Below, piece after piece: positions 11,275 through 20,877 of a DNA stretch of 32,000 nt. Within the stretch, counting starts at the first letter, position 1. Every line of letters starts with the position of its first letter. The translations under genes and the position numbers were made by a program. This stretch comes from Acaryochloris thomasi RCC1774 (GTDB taxonomy: Bacteria; Cyanobacteriota; Cyanobacteriia; Thermosynechococcales; Thermosynechococcaceae). The stretch lies in contig NZ_PQWO01000001.1 in NCBI RefSeq assembly GCF_003231495.1, positions 570,001 to 602,000 of the forward strand, written 5' to 3'. Under the pieces are notes generated by a model. The model was not told the DNA's origin and made no database searches. It saw only the letters and a program-made list of their open reading frames with translations.

Positions 11275-11712
11275 TCACCTTTTTGGTGCATTTTTAGGAG
11301 GCAGTCTTACGATCGTAAACCAGAATTCTTCCAGCAACTGCACAATTTTGGTTAGCCCGTCTAGCCCAATCGGTTTAGTGACGTAGGCATTGGCTCCAAT
11401 GCGATAGCTCTTGAGGACATCTTCATCCGCCTCAGAGGTCGTGAGGATAACCACAGGCAGGTGCCTTAGACCGTCATGGGCGCGAATTTTTTCTAGCACC
11501 TCACGGCCATCCATTTGGGGCATATTGAGGTCAAGCAGGATCAGATCGGGTAGGTTTGGCTCTGGCTTATCAAGTTGTTCGTGTAGGTATGACATAGCCT
11601 CCACGCCATTGCGAGCAACTTCCATCTCTAGCTGCACCTTGGTCTCTTCTAGAGCAATTTCAATAAGTTCAATGTCGCCCAAGTCGTCGTCAACTAATAA
11701 AACCGTAATCAA
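11275..11712 (-). CDS. Single-domain CheY-like response regulator (Rcp1-like)
   Basis: 145-aa receiver with VLLVDDD, the phospho-acceptor context LILLDLNMPQMDG, then LTTS and YVTKP. It lies directly downstream of the histidine kinase, 62 bp away on the same strand. Confidence 0.9.
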   Translation of the reverse strand: MITVLLVDDDLGDIELIEIALEETKVQLEMEVARNGVEAMSYLHEQLDKPEPNLPDLILLDLNMPQMDGREVLEKIRAHDGLRHLPVVILTTSEADEDVLKSYRIGANAYVTKPIGLDGLTKIVQLLEEFWFTIVRLPPKNAPKR

Positions 11713-11774
11713 GATTCAATTCTCCCTTACTTCGATAAACTTACCGTGATTGATAGCCTTTGCGCTGAACTGAT

Positions 11775-14312
11775 TTATGCGCTGACCTCAACAGCAGCTA
11801 GAGTCACCTCTTGGTGGTGTGAATCCAGTTTTCGCTGGGTTGAGAGTGTGAACATGAAGGTAGCTCCTGGCTCCGAGGACTCGCTCAACCAAATCTTTCC
11901 CCCATGTCGTTCGATAATCTTTTTGCAGACGGCTAAACCAATTCCAGTGCCAGAATAGGCTTCACGATTGTGGAGGCGCTGAAAAATGATAAAGATGCGG
12001 TCTGCATACTCAGGAGCAATACCAATGCCGTTGTCTTGAACAGAGAAAGTCCAGATTGCATCAGATTGAACCGCTCGAATTTGAATCTTCGGAATCTCAG
12101 CCTGACAGTACTTGATCGCGTTGCTCACCAGATTTTGAAATAACTGCCGCATTTGCGACGGATCTGCAGGTAAGGTCGGCAAGGGCTGAGATTCAATTTG
12201 GACCTGTCGTTCTGTAATGATATGAGTCAGATCGGACTGAATATCCGCCAAGATCGTGTTCAGATCAGTGGGCTGAACATTGAGCTCTGCCCGTCCGACC
12301 CGAGAGTAGGTCAGCAGATCGCGGATCAACACCTGCATTCGGCTGGTGCCGTCCATAATATGGTTCATGTAGCGCTCTGCTTTTTCATCTCCTTCTCCTG
12401 GGTAGCGTTTAAACAGAAGTTCAGTGAAGCTTTTAATCTTACGCAGGGGTTCTTGAAGATCATGGGAGGCAACGTAGGCGAATTGGCCCAGTTCTTGATT
12501 TGAGCGTGAGAGTTCGTGGTTGAGCTGGTGTAGCTCTTCTTCTACTGCTTTGCGATCGCTAATATCAAGGTGTACGCCAGCCATGCGTGAGGGCTGATTC
12601 TGCCCATCTCGCTCAACCACTTTCCCGAGGTTGGCAATCCATTTCCATGCGCCGGATTCCGTCAGCATTCGATAGTCAAAGGCATAGGGAGTAGAGGCAT
12701 CTTTAAGGTGAGCCGCAAGAATATTTTGAACCCAGGGTAAATCATCGGGATGGACTAGGTTTTCCCAAGTCAAATAATTTCCTTTGCCTTGTTGATCCGT
12801 ATAGCCCAGCATTGTGAAGTACTGAGGACTCAGGTTAAGTGCGCCAGTCTCGATATCCCAATTCCACCAGGCTGCACCCGATGCCTCTAGTGCCAGCTCT
12901 AGCTGTTCTTGGCTCTGTTTTAGACTTGCTTCAGCTTGTCGTCGATCCTGTACCTCTTGCTGCAGTAACTGGTTGGCTGTGAGCAGCTCTTGCGTGCGCT
13001 CTTTGACTCGATTTTCTAGGTCTTCCTTTGCTTGCTGGAGCTGTCGTTCGAGCTGCTTTCGCACAGTGATATCTCGCCAGCTTGATCGACTTTGAACAAC
13101 CTGTCCCTGTTGATCGCGGATAGCATGCACATTGAGGCTAACATCCATCTGACTACCGTCTTTACGCTGGAGCTGAAGTTGCGCATCTTGCACTCTTCCG
13201 GTTTGGACGAATTGCTGAAAGGCCACTTCAACGTCTGGTAGACAAGCAGGGTGATAGACGTCAAAAATCCTTCGATCCAATATTTCAGTCTTGGTATAGC
13301 CCAGTGCGTTCGTTAGGGTCTGGTTACAGCGAAGAATTTTTTTGCTCTCCGCATCAACAGAGACGTACATGTCGGGCGCATTTTCGTAGAGATCTTGATA
13401 TTCTGCCTGAGACTCCTGCAACCGAATGTAGGTCTGCTCAAGATCCGCAGTTCGTTCCTGAATTCTCGCTTCTAAATCCTCATTAAGAATTTGTAGGTCG
13501 GCTTCGTACTGCTTACGGGCGGTAATATCTTGAATCTGAGAGACAAAGTATTGTGGATGTCCCTCCGGTCCATAAACTGTGGATACGCTTAGGAGTGCCC
13601 AGATTACCTGCCCATCCTTGTGAAAATAGCGTTTTTCCATTTCATAGCGGCTGATTTCCCCCAAGAACATATGCTGTACATAATTCAAGTCTTTGTCTAG
13701 ATCCTCAGGGTGGGTGATGGCTTGAAAGGTCGTTTGTAACAGCTCTGCCTCTGAATAGCCAGTGAGTTCACAAAGGGCTGAATTGACCTTTAGCCAGCTT
13801 CCGTCTAGGTCAACGAGTGCTTTGCCAATGGGGGCATAGTCAAAGGCATTTTGGAAAAGCTGCTGGCTATCTGTTAATTCTGCTTCAATGCGTTGTCGCT
13901 CTGCCATAGAGAACGTTAGGGCGCGGTTGACTTTTTCCAGCTCCGCAGGACTCTTGAGCGCTAAGGCTTGGGGGACAACAAACAAAAGCTGAATCGCGGT
14001 CATCACTGAAATAATGGCAGTCACGGCTTTCGCAAAGCCTGATATCCAGTAGTCAGGATTCCATAACGTCCAGATTTCTAAAAGATGAGTGGTACCGCAG
14101 GCAAGAATAAAGGCTCCGAACAGTACGAATACTCTGGAATACATCAAGTCTTTTCGCTGATAGACGAAGTAAACCAGCATGCAAGGGATAGAAAAATATG
14201 CGATCGCAACTAGCGCATCCGAGATCACATGCAGCCCAACTAACTCTGGTTTCCAGAGATAGCAATGGCCATGGGGGATAAAAAAGCTCGGAGAGTAGGA
14301 AGTATCCAGCAT
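11775..14312 (-). CDS. Membrane sensor histidine kinase: N-terminal ethylene-binding-domain-like 3-TM module, three PAS domains, HisKA and HATPase
   Basis: 845 aa. Residues 1-125 are hydrophobic and align by eye to Arabidopsis ETR1 residues 20-110 (see findings). There are three PAS-like repeats separated by coiled-coil linkers. The H-box is [16 protein letters not shown], the N-box is [10 protein letters not shown] and the G-boxes are DNGIGI and [11 protein letters not shown]. Confidence 0.9.
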   Translation of the reverse strand: [845 protein letters not shown]

Positions 14313-14363
14313 TTTGACTTGTTATTCAATAATCTCGACCAGCCCCTCAAGATAGGCCAACAC

Positions 14364-14966
14364 TCAGTCGCGGTTCAGTGCCGCTTGACAGAACAAATTG
14401 GGTAGTCGCCGCCGCACAAACATCAGCAGATAAACGCCGATATACAGTACATTCACGGCAATGAAGAGACCCTGTACAAACACCGACTCAACGATCGGGA
14501 ATAAATACAGCGTGGCGATCAGCACCAGCAAAATTTCCACTAGGGCCACAATGTAGCCATGGTGCCTTGGATCCCAATACGATACGGGGCTGATGAAACG
14601 ATAGTGATGGAAGGGAAAAAAGTGACGGTGTGCATCATCATGGTGGACGGGAAGGTCTAATAGTGAATGCAGCACGGCACTACCGGACAACAGTGCTAAC
14701 GTGTGTGATTGGCATAGGATACCCACACCCACTCCCACACTCGCCAAGGGAATAGAATGAAATAGATCAGTCCAGGTTTGCCAGAATGGCAGGTAGTACG
14801 TTTCGGTCCATAGTTGCCGTGCTGGAATACGTCGAATCTTTGCCCATGCATACAGCACAAACATCGGAACATCAGGCAATATAGCTCCTAATGTGATAAT
14901 CGGGAGTGCTTGAGGTTCCGGTAGCAGCAGAGCAAGATTTAGAATTGCATGGCTGGGCGTATTCAC
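14364..14966 (-). CDS. Polytopic membrane protein, possibly a YdjM/DUF457-like membrane-bound metal-dependent hydrolase
   Basis: 200 aa with a GTG start and 5-6 hydrophobic segments. It has a His-rich patch (LPVHHDDAHRHFFPFHHY) and an N-terminal TPSHAIL motif like the YdjM family. The assignment is by recollection only. Confidence 0.4.
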   Translation of the reverse strand: MNTPSHAILNLALLLPEPQALPIITLGAILPDVPMFVLYAWAKIRRIPARQLWTETYYLPFWQTWTDLFHSIPLASVGVGVGILCQSHTLALLSGSAVLHSLLDLPVHHDDAHRHFFPFHHYRFISPVSYWDPRHHGYIVALVEILLVLIATLYLFPIVESVFVQGLFIAVNVLYIGVYLLMFVRRRLPNLFCQAALNRD

Positions 14967-15472
14967 AAATGATTAAACCAATAGAAACCTCTCTCAAGAT
15001 AGCATTGACATTGAGGCATTAATAATTCGTTGGAAGTGAGCGTCTTTGATATCTTAAAGATGCAGATTAGGGTGAAGCTAAGTGCCCATGATTAATCCAC
15101 CAAACCTATCTCTGACAGTAGATTCACTGTCTTTCTACGGCCGCCGACTGTTGATGGAAAAGCAAATACAGAACTGATTAAAATTCTCGCAAAAAAGTAT
15201 AATTCGCTTTAGCTTAGAACTATAGTCAGGTCTAATTGTTATCCAGGGCTAATGCGACTTTTCTTAGCAACGTTAAAGTTTTTTTGCCTTTAACGTTTAC
15301 AAGGTAGCCTGTCTCCGATTATCTGCACGGCACTCGCGATTATTCTCTCAGACCTCCATAAACCTTGGGCTTTGAAACTGCAGTTTCTCTACAAAGGGAC
15401 GTGCAAATAGTTTCAACTCATGTGAGAGAAACTTTCACTAGGGACTCACTTTAGAAGGTGCACAATTGCTTA

Positions 15473-15498
15473 CAGGTCTATCAAACCAGATAGACCTG
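15473..15498 (-). terminator. Perfect 10-bp stem / 6-nt loop hairpin about 84 nt downstream of the phosphoketolase stop codon
   Basis: CAGGTCTATC-aaacca-GATAGACCTG, with exact reverse complements. There is no U-tract on the minus strand, so it may be an RNA-stabilising or processing hairpin rather than a canonical intrinsic terminator. Confidence 0.3.
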
Positions 15499-15581
15499 CA
15501 AGGCTGAACTCTCAATTTCACAACTAGGTTAATTTGTTATGACTGATTTGAGACCTGATATCGGCAAAGGAGAGAAAGATG

Positions 15582-18011
15582 CTATTCACACATCTCAGAG
15601 TAGGGCCACCTCCAGTCGACAATCTCATCTTGGTCCTTGCCATGCGTATGAGCATAGGCCAAACACTCGATGATTTTATTCCGCATCCGCTCTTTTGCGT
15701 GGCCTGCCGCAGATCCTAGCTTTGGCACTCGGTCAATCACATCAATGACTAAATTAAAGCGATCCACTTCATTCTTAATTGCCAACTCTAGTGGCGTATT
15801 GATATTGCCCTGCTCTTTATAGCCCCGTACATGAATTCGTTCTTGATTAGAGCGACGATAAACCAGCTTGTGAATCAACCAGGGATAGCCATGGAAGTTG
15901 AAGATCATCGGCTTATCGCGGGTAAACAGAGAGTCAAAGTCTCGATCAGATAAACCGTGGGGATGCTCCCCTTCAGACACCAATTTGAATAAATCCACTA
16001 CGTTCACAAATCGCACCTTAAGCCAGGGAAATTCTTCCCGCAAAATCGCTGTCGCCGCTAACGATTCCATCGTCGGGATATCGCCACAGCAGGCCATCAC
16101 CACATCGGGTTCATCCGGCTCGATTCCGCAGTCATCATTACTGGCCCAATCCCAAATACCGATGCCCTTTGTGCAGTGGGCAACCGCCTCATCTATCGAC
16201 AGATACTGTAGGTGTTTCTGCTTGTCCGAGATGATTACGTTGATATAATCCACGCTGCGGAAACAGTGATCTGCCACCGATAGCAAACAGTTCGCATCCG
16301 GCGGGAAGTAAAGCCGCACCACATCTGGACTCTTGTTGGTTACTAAATCTACATAGCCTGGATCCTGGTGGCTGAAGCCGTTATGGTCCTGTCGCCATAC
16401 CAGTGACGACAACAAGATATTCAAGGATGAGACGGATCTCCGCCAGGGAACATGATTGCGACAAATATTCAGCCATTTAGCATGCTGATTAAACATTGAA
16501 TCGACCACATGGGCAAAGGCTTCATAGGTATGAAATAGGCCGTGACGTCCGGTGAGTAGGTAGGTCTCTAGCCACCCCTGCAGCGTATGCTCACTGAGCA
16601 TTTCCATGACCCGACCGTCCCGAGACAGTTCAGTCCCGTCTTCGTCTTCGGGATACATGTCTGCCATCCAAACTTTCTTGGTGACTTGATACACGTCCTG
16701 GAGACGATTCGAGGCTGTCTCATCTGGTCCCATTAACCGGAAGTTATCAGGGTTATCCCGCATGATCTCCCGCATGAATAGGCCTAGTGCTTTAGTATTC
16801 TCAAACTCGACGGTGCCGTGTTGCTCTCCAATATTGATGGCAAGGTCATGGAAGTTGGGCAGCTTCAGCGCCTTCCGCAGCAACCCTCCGTTAGCGTGGG
16901 GATTAGATCCCATGCGGCGATTTCCCATAGGTGCCAGTTCTTTCAGCTCTGGAATCAGCGTCCCGTTTTCATCAAATAGCTCTTCCGGTTTGTAGCCGCG
17001 CATCCACTCTTCGAGCTTGCGGAGGTGATCGGGGTTGTCGTGCATTCCGCCCATCGGGACTTGATGCGATCGCCAAAAGTCTTCGACCTTCTTTCCGTCC
17101 ACTTCTTGAGGCCCCGTCCAGCCCTTCGGAGTCCGCAAGACAATCATCGGCCAACGAGGGCGTTCAATCTTGCCCGTGGTGCGGGCTTCTTGCTGCACTT
17201 CTCGAATCTTGAGAACGCACTCCTCCATGACCGCAGCCATTTTCTGATGCATCTCCGCCGGATTCTTACCCTCAACAAAATAGGGCGTGTAGCCATAGCC
17301 CTTGAACAAACACTCCAGTTCCTCATGGGAGATCCGGGCCAGAATCGTGGGGTTGGCAATTTTATAGCCGTTCAGATTCAAAACCGGCAGCACGGCACCA
17401 TCACGGGCCGGATTGATGAACTTATTAGAATGCCAAGAGGTTGCTAATGGTCCTGTTTCTGATTCGCCGTCGCCTACCACGCAGGTCACAATCAGATCGG
17501 GGTTATCCAAAACTGCACCGTAGGCATGGGAAACGCTGTAGCCCAGTTCGCCCCCTTCATGAATTGACCCTGGCGTTTCGGGGGTGACATGACTGCCAAT
17601 AAAGCCAGGGAAGGAGAACTGCTTGAAAAAGCGCTGCATGCCCTCAGCATCTTCGCTTTTGTCGGGGTAGATTTCCGAATAGGTGCCTTCGAGGTAGACC
17701 GGTCCGAGGACTCCAGGCGCACCATGGCCGGGACCTGCCATGAAGATCATGTCGAGGTCGTATTTTTTGATTAACCGATTGCAGTGAATGTAGGTAAAGC
17801 TAAGGGCGGGGGAAGCGCCCCAGTGACCGAGTAAGCGATGTTTTATCTGTGAAGACTGGAGAGATTCTTTTAGCAGAGGATTATCTCGAAGATAAATCAT
17901 ACCAACGGCAAGATAGTTGCAGGCATGCCAGTAGGCATCAATTTTGTGCAATTCAGCGTCCGTCAATGGGTTGAGCGAAGAAATAGCTTGTGGAGCAGCC
18001 TGAATCATCAT
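15582..18011 (-). CDS. xfp: Phosphoketolase (xylulose-5-P/fructose-6-P phosphoketolase), ThDP-dependent
   Basis: 809 aa. Family signatures are [13 protein letters not shown], the ThDP motif region [19 protein letters not shown], and [16 protein letters not shown]. The size is typical of Xfp. Confidence 0.95.
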   Translation of the reverse strand: MMIQAAPQAISSLNPLTDAELHKIDAYWHACNYLAVGMIYLRDNPLLKESLQSSQIKHRLLGHWGASPALSFTYIHCNRLIKKYDLDMIFMAGPGHGAPGVLGPVYLEGTYSEIYPDKSEDAEGMQRFFKQFSFPGFIGSHVTPETPGSIHEGGELGYSVSHAYGAVLDNPDLIVTCVVGDGESETGPLATSWHSNKFINPARDGAVLPVLNLNGYKIANPTILARISHEELECLFKGYGYTPYFVEGKNPAEMHQKMAAVMEECVLKIREVQQEARTTGKIERPRWPMIVLRTPKGWTGPQEVDGKKVEDFWRSHQVPMGGMHDNPDHLRKLEEWMRGYKPEELFDENGTLIPELKELAPMGNRRMGSNPHANGGLLRKALKLPNFHDLAINIGEQHGTVEFENTKALGLFMREIMRDNPDNFRLMGPDETASNRLQDVYQVTKKVWMADMYPEDEDGTELSRDGRVMEMLSEHTLQGWLETYLLTGRHGLFHTYEAFAHVVDSMFNQHAKWLNICRNHVPWRRSVSSLNILLSSLVWRQDHNGFSHQDPGYVDLVTNKSPDVVRLYFPPDANCLLSVADHCFRSVDYINVIISDKQKHLQYLSIDEAVAHCTKGIGIWDWASNDDCGIEPDEPDVVMACCGDIPTMESLAATAILREEFPWLKVRFVNVVDLFKLVSEGEHPHGLSDRDFDSLFTRDKPMIFNFHGYPWLIHKLVYRRSNQERIHVRGYKEQGNINTPLELAIKNEVDRFNLVIDVIDRVPKLGSAAGHAKERMRNKIIECLAYAHTHGKDQDEIVDWRWPYSEMCE

Positions 18012-18202
18012 TTATCTCTCTTGTAGAAGTGTGGCGAAGTTTGAATCGGGCGAGGTTTCATTTCAGTCTGGAGGGATGACCACCCAAAACGCAGCATTAG
18101 AGAACACATCTTGTCAGGTTTTAGACATCTGAGGGGAGCTGCCAAGTTCTGCATTGGCCCCCGGCATTAGGGAGCTAGGGGACCATCCAAAGGCTGTTAC
18201 TT

Positions 18203-18913
18203 CTATTGCCGAACGTCAACAGATTCCACTTGCGCTGCGGGAAGATCGGTGTGCGGATTCTCGATAGGCAGATGAGTATGGGGACTCTTGAGACTGGACT
18301 GCTCTTCCATTGCCTGACAGGCCACCATTGTTTTGACATGCTCCATCTCATCATCACGAATGGCAACAAATACGTCATAGAGGGTGTCTACTGCGGGGCG
18401 ACGTGACTCAGGCGGCTGGGACGTTTGAAATTCATCGAACAGATAAAGATCGCCATCGCGGTAATAGCCGATTGCAATTTGAGGAGCCGGTTGGTTTTTC
18501 AGGTCAGCTTCATTAGCGCTCAAAAACTGATCGTAGGTGTGATATGCTTCTTCCTCGACCAGCTCCATGAAGCGATAGGCAGAGCGCGGCGAGACAACAT
18601 ATAGACCCACAATAATCCAGTAGTACAGCAGGGCCACATGGCGAGCCAGGAATCGATCTATCCACTGTTGATTGCCGCCCAGTTCTTCCATAATCAGAAG
18701 GTGGTGAAGCTCATTCCAGGATTCAGCAAAGTGAACTTTTAGCCAGTCCGCCCGCCGCCAGACCCCAATGGTTTCATAGAGGTGCAAAACGGAAAGGTAG
18801 GAGAAATAGGGGACACGAGCGACTGTTTCTAATACATAGAAGCGTGGAATGGGGCGATCTCGATAAATATTTTTCAAGACGAAGACCAAGACACCGACCA
18901 GCAATCGAATCAT
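18203..18913 (-). CDS. ptox: Plastoquinol terminal oxidase (PTOX) / alternative-oxidase-family di-iron quinol oxidase
   Basis: Di-iron carboxylate ligand motifs are present: LETVARVPYF, ESWNELHHLLIMEE (ExxH), EEEAYHTY and RDDEMEHV (ExxH). The start is set at the ATG at 18911-18913, which is preceded by AAGGAG on the minus strand. The track ORF begins 19 codons further upstream. Confidence 0.85.
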   Translation of the reverse strand: MIRLLVGVLVFVLKNIYRDRPIPRFYVLETVARVPYFSYLSVLHLYETIGVWRRADWLKVHFAESWNELHHLLIMEELGGNQQWIDRFLARHVALLYYWIIVGLYVVSPRSAYRFMELVEEEAYHTYDQFLSANEADLKNQPAPQIAIGYYRDGDLYLFDEFQTSQPPESRRPAVDTLYDVFVAIRDDEMEHVKTMVACQAMEEQSSLKSPHTHLPIENPHTDLPAAQVESVDVRQ

Positions 18914-19131
18914 GATGAAACACTCCTTTAATTCACTATCTGCATCCTGGCCGATCCACTCATGGGCCACAAGATAGGCACCCAGAGCGCCCCATAGTTA
19001 CCAGCAGCAAAAAGCTAGTACTCTCTCTGGCCTCTACGTGCTTCTGAAAAAAACATTAAATTTCTTGTAACTGTCAGCTAGGCATCTCGATAGAAGAGAT
19101 TCAGCCGCCAAGATAAAGGTAGCCACACTAA

Positions 19132-19506
19132 ATGGGTAAACAAATGAGCAAAATGCAGGACTGCCAAAACGTGCAGTGCCCGATTGAGTTCACCCTAGAT
19201 GTGTTGGGGGGAAAATGGGCTATCCCGATTCTGCGAGAGTTATTTGATGGAACCCGCCGTACGCATCAATTGCTAGATGCATTGCCGGGTATCAGCAGCA
19301 AAACCTTGATGGTTCGTCTCAGAGAGCTAGAACGCCACGGCCTTGTCGAACGGCAGGTCTTTGCAGAGGTTCCGCTACACGTAGAGTATTCCATCACTGA
19401 CAAGGGGCAACAGGTTCAGCCGGTTCTATCTGCGCTCTATCAAGTGGGGCAATTGTGGCTTGAACAGCAGGATTGCTATTGTCCTCTGAGTGAGAAAGTG
19501 AGCTAG
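19132..19506 (+). CDS. HxlR-family winged-helix transcriptional regulator
   Basis: 124 aa. CPIEFTLDVLGGKWAIPILRELFDGTRRTHQL...ISSKTLMVRLRELERHGLVERQVF...VEYSITDKG is the classic HxlR pattern. It is divergent from ptox. Confidence 0.85.
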   Translation: MGKQMSKMQDCQNVQCPIEFTLDVLGGKWAIPILRELFDGTRRTHQLLDALPGISSKTLMVRLRELERHGLVERQVFAEVPLHVEYSITDKGQQVQPVLSALYQVGQLWLEQQDCYCPLSEKVS

Positions 19507-19557
19507 AGAATCAGACTGGGCAAAGCGCTTAATCACGACGCTAAGTGCTAGCTTTGA

Positions 19558-19812
19558 GTGGGCGATCTTTCTGGAAGTACCGTGCTTCAAGCTATTTATG
19601 CCGCTCTAACAAACCCTCGCTATCGTTCTAAAGCACTGCGGGTGGCTTTGGTGGTGGGATCACTTCTGTTTGCAATTAATCATGGGTCAGCTTTGGTTGA
19701 GGGGCGAATGAAACGAGATCGCTGGATTTCTGCGGTCTTAACCTACTGTGTCCCTTATCTCGTTAGCATTCACGGCCAAAGCACAGGTGCTCAAGCCGCT
19801 CACAAAAGTTGA
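19558..19812 (+). CDS. nrtS: Small two-TM membrane protein, NrtS-type nitrate/nitrite transporter family
   Basis: 84 aa with a GTG start. ALRVALVVGSLLFAINHGSALVEG...RWISAVLTYCVPYLVSIHGQ matches my recollection of the NrtS family consensus. It was not verified by search. Confidence 0.55.
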   Translation: MGDLSGSTVLQAIYAALTNPRYRSKALRVALVVGSLLFAINHGSALVEGRMKRDRWISAVLTYCVPYLVSIHGQSTGAQAAHKS

Positions 19813-19821
19813 GTCGAGCTT

Positions 19822-20826
19822 TCAAGATTTAGATAAATTAGGCTCCACTATCTCCGGGAAGTCTGCGAAATTTCGCTTAACCCAATCCATCCCTACCTCA
19901 TTGTTGAGCCTGATCTTCTGAGGAGCGTCAGGGTAGAGCTTGCCGAGAATATCGGTATCTTGCTCCACAACCACTTTTCCGAAGTTGAGATATGTCTTGC
20001 CCAAAAGATTAAAGAGTGGATGCTTGGCCTGACCAAAGAGCAGAATGTAGGTGCGGGTTCGGTTCTCAGCTTCTGGAACAAAAAAGTGACACTGCGCTGC
20101 TTTCCCGAGAGGCATTTCGCCGTGAAAAATGACCAGTGACGGGAAGTGATTCTCTAAATGAGCTTGAATAGTCTCAGGCAGCAAGAACAAATCTGGCTTT
20201 CTCAGTTTTTCGACTAAGCGATAGGACTCTGTTGGTGTATCGAAATAGGCATGAGATTGGTGCCCCTGATCGATGAATTGATGAAAGTTGACTTGAGTAA
20301 TGCGAAAGAGATCCCGATGGGTTCCGTTTTGATGGTTGTAGTCATGCATATTCAGCAGCATGGGAAGCAGCTCGGTCTCAACGCTGCAGTCTGCGGTATG
20401 GCCAATAAAGCGATAGGTTTTGGCGATTTCATTCATGACCGAGGGAATCGGCCTCTGAGGCTCGTGTCCACCATAGGACCAAATGAAATCTCCCTGAACG
20501 ATGAGTTCTAGCGGCTGTAGCTGAGGTGCCGTTTTCTTTTCAGACCCCGGCAAAACAGTACATCCTGCTCCATCAAACTTGAGAGCATGAAAAGGGCAAA
20601 CGATACCAGAGGTATCAGATACTGCAGGATGTAATGATTCACACCATCCTTCCGACAACATTGCACCCATATGAGGACAGGTATTGGGCAATGCATGAAT
20701 CTTTTGAGAAGCATCTTTCCAGAGCACATAATCATTCCCATAGAGCGATACTCTGCGAGGCTGATTCTCGGCCAGCATAGATTTGTGCGCCAACAGCCAT
20801 GGCGCACCGGGAAGCATAGATCGCAT
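19822..20826 (-). CDS. Rieske [2Fe-2S] non-haem-iron oxygenase (alpha-subunit-like), substrate unknown
   Basis: The Rieske motif is CPHMGAMLSEG...CPFHALKF (CxH...CxxH). A mononuclear-iron motif, DxxHxxxxH, lies in NMHDYNHQNGTH. Length is 334 aa. Confidence 0.85.
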   Translation of the reverse strand: MRSMLPGAPWLLAHKSMLAENQPRRVSLYGNDYVLWKDASQKIHALPNTCPHMGAMLSEGWCESLHPAVSDTSGIVCPFHALKFDGAGCTVLPGSEKKTAPQLQPLELIVQGDFIWSYGGHEPQRPIPSVMNEIAKTYRFIGHTADCSVETELLPMLLNMHDYNHQNGTHRDLFRITQVNFHQFIDQGHQSHAYFDTPTESYRLVEKLRKPDLFLLPETIQAHLENHFPSLVIFHGEMPLGKAAQCHFFVPEAENRTRTYILLFGQAKHPLFNLLGKTYLNFGKVVVEQDTDILGKLYPDAPQKIRLNNEVGMDWVKRNFADFPEIVEPNLSKS

Positions 20827-20877
20827 GATCTTCTCCGTTCGCTATAAAATTGTGAAGAATTTGTCGTGTTTTAAATT

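Noticed and set aside
15898-17774. Several 60-140-aa ORFs on both strands inside the phosphoketolase gene.
   Set aside because: They are shadow frames of a confidently assigned 809-aa gene.
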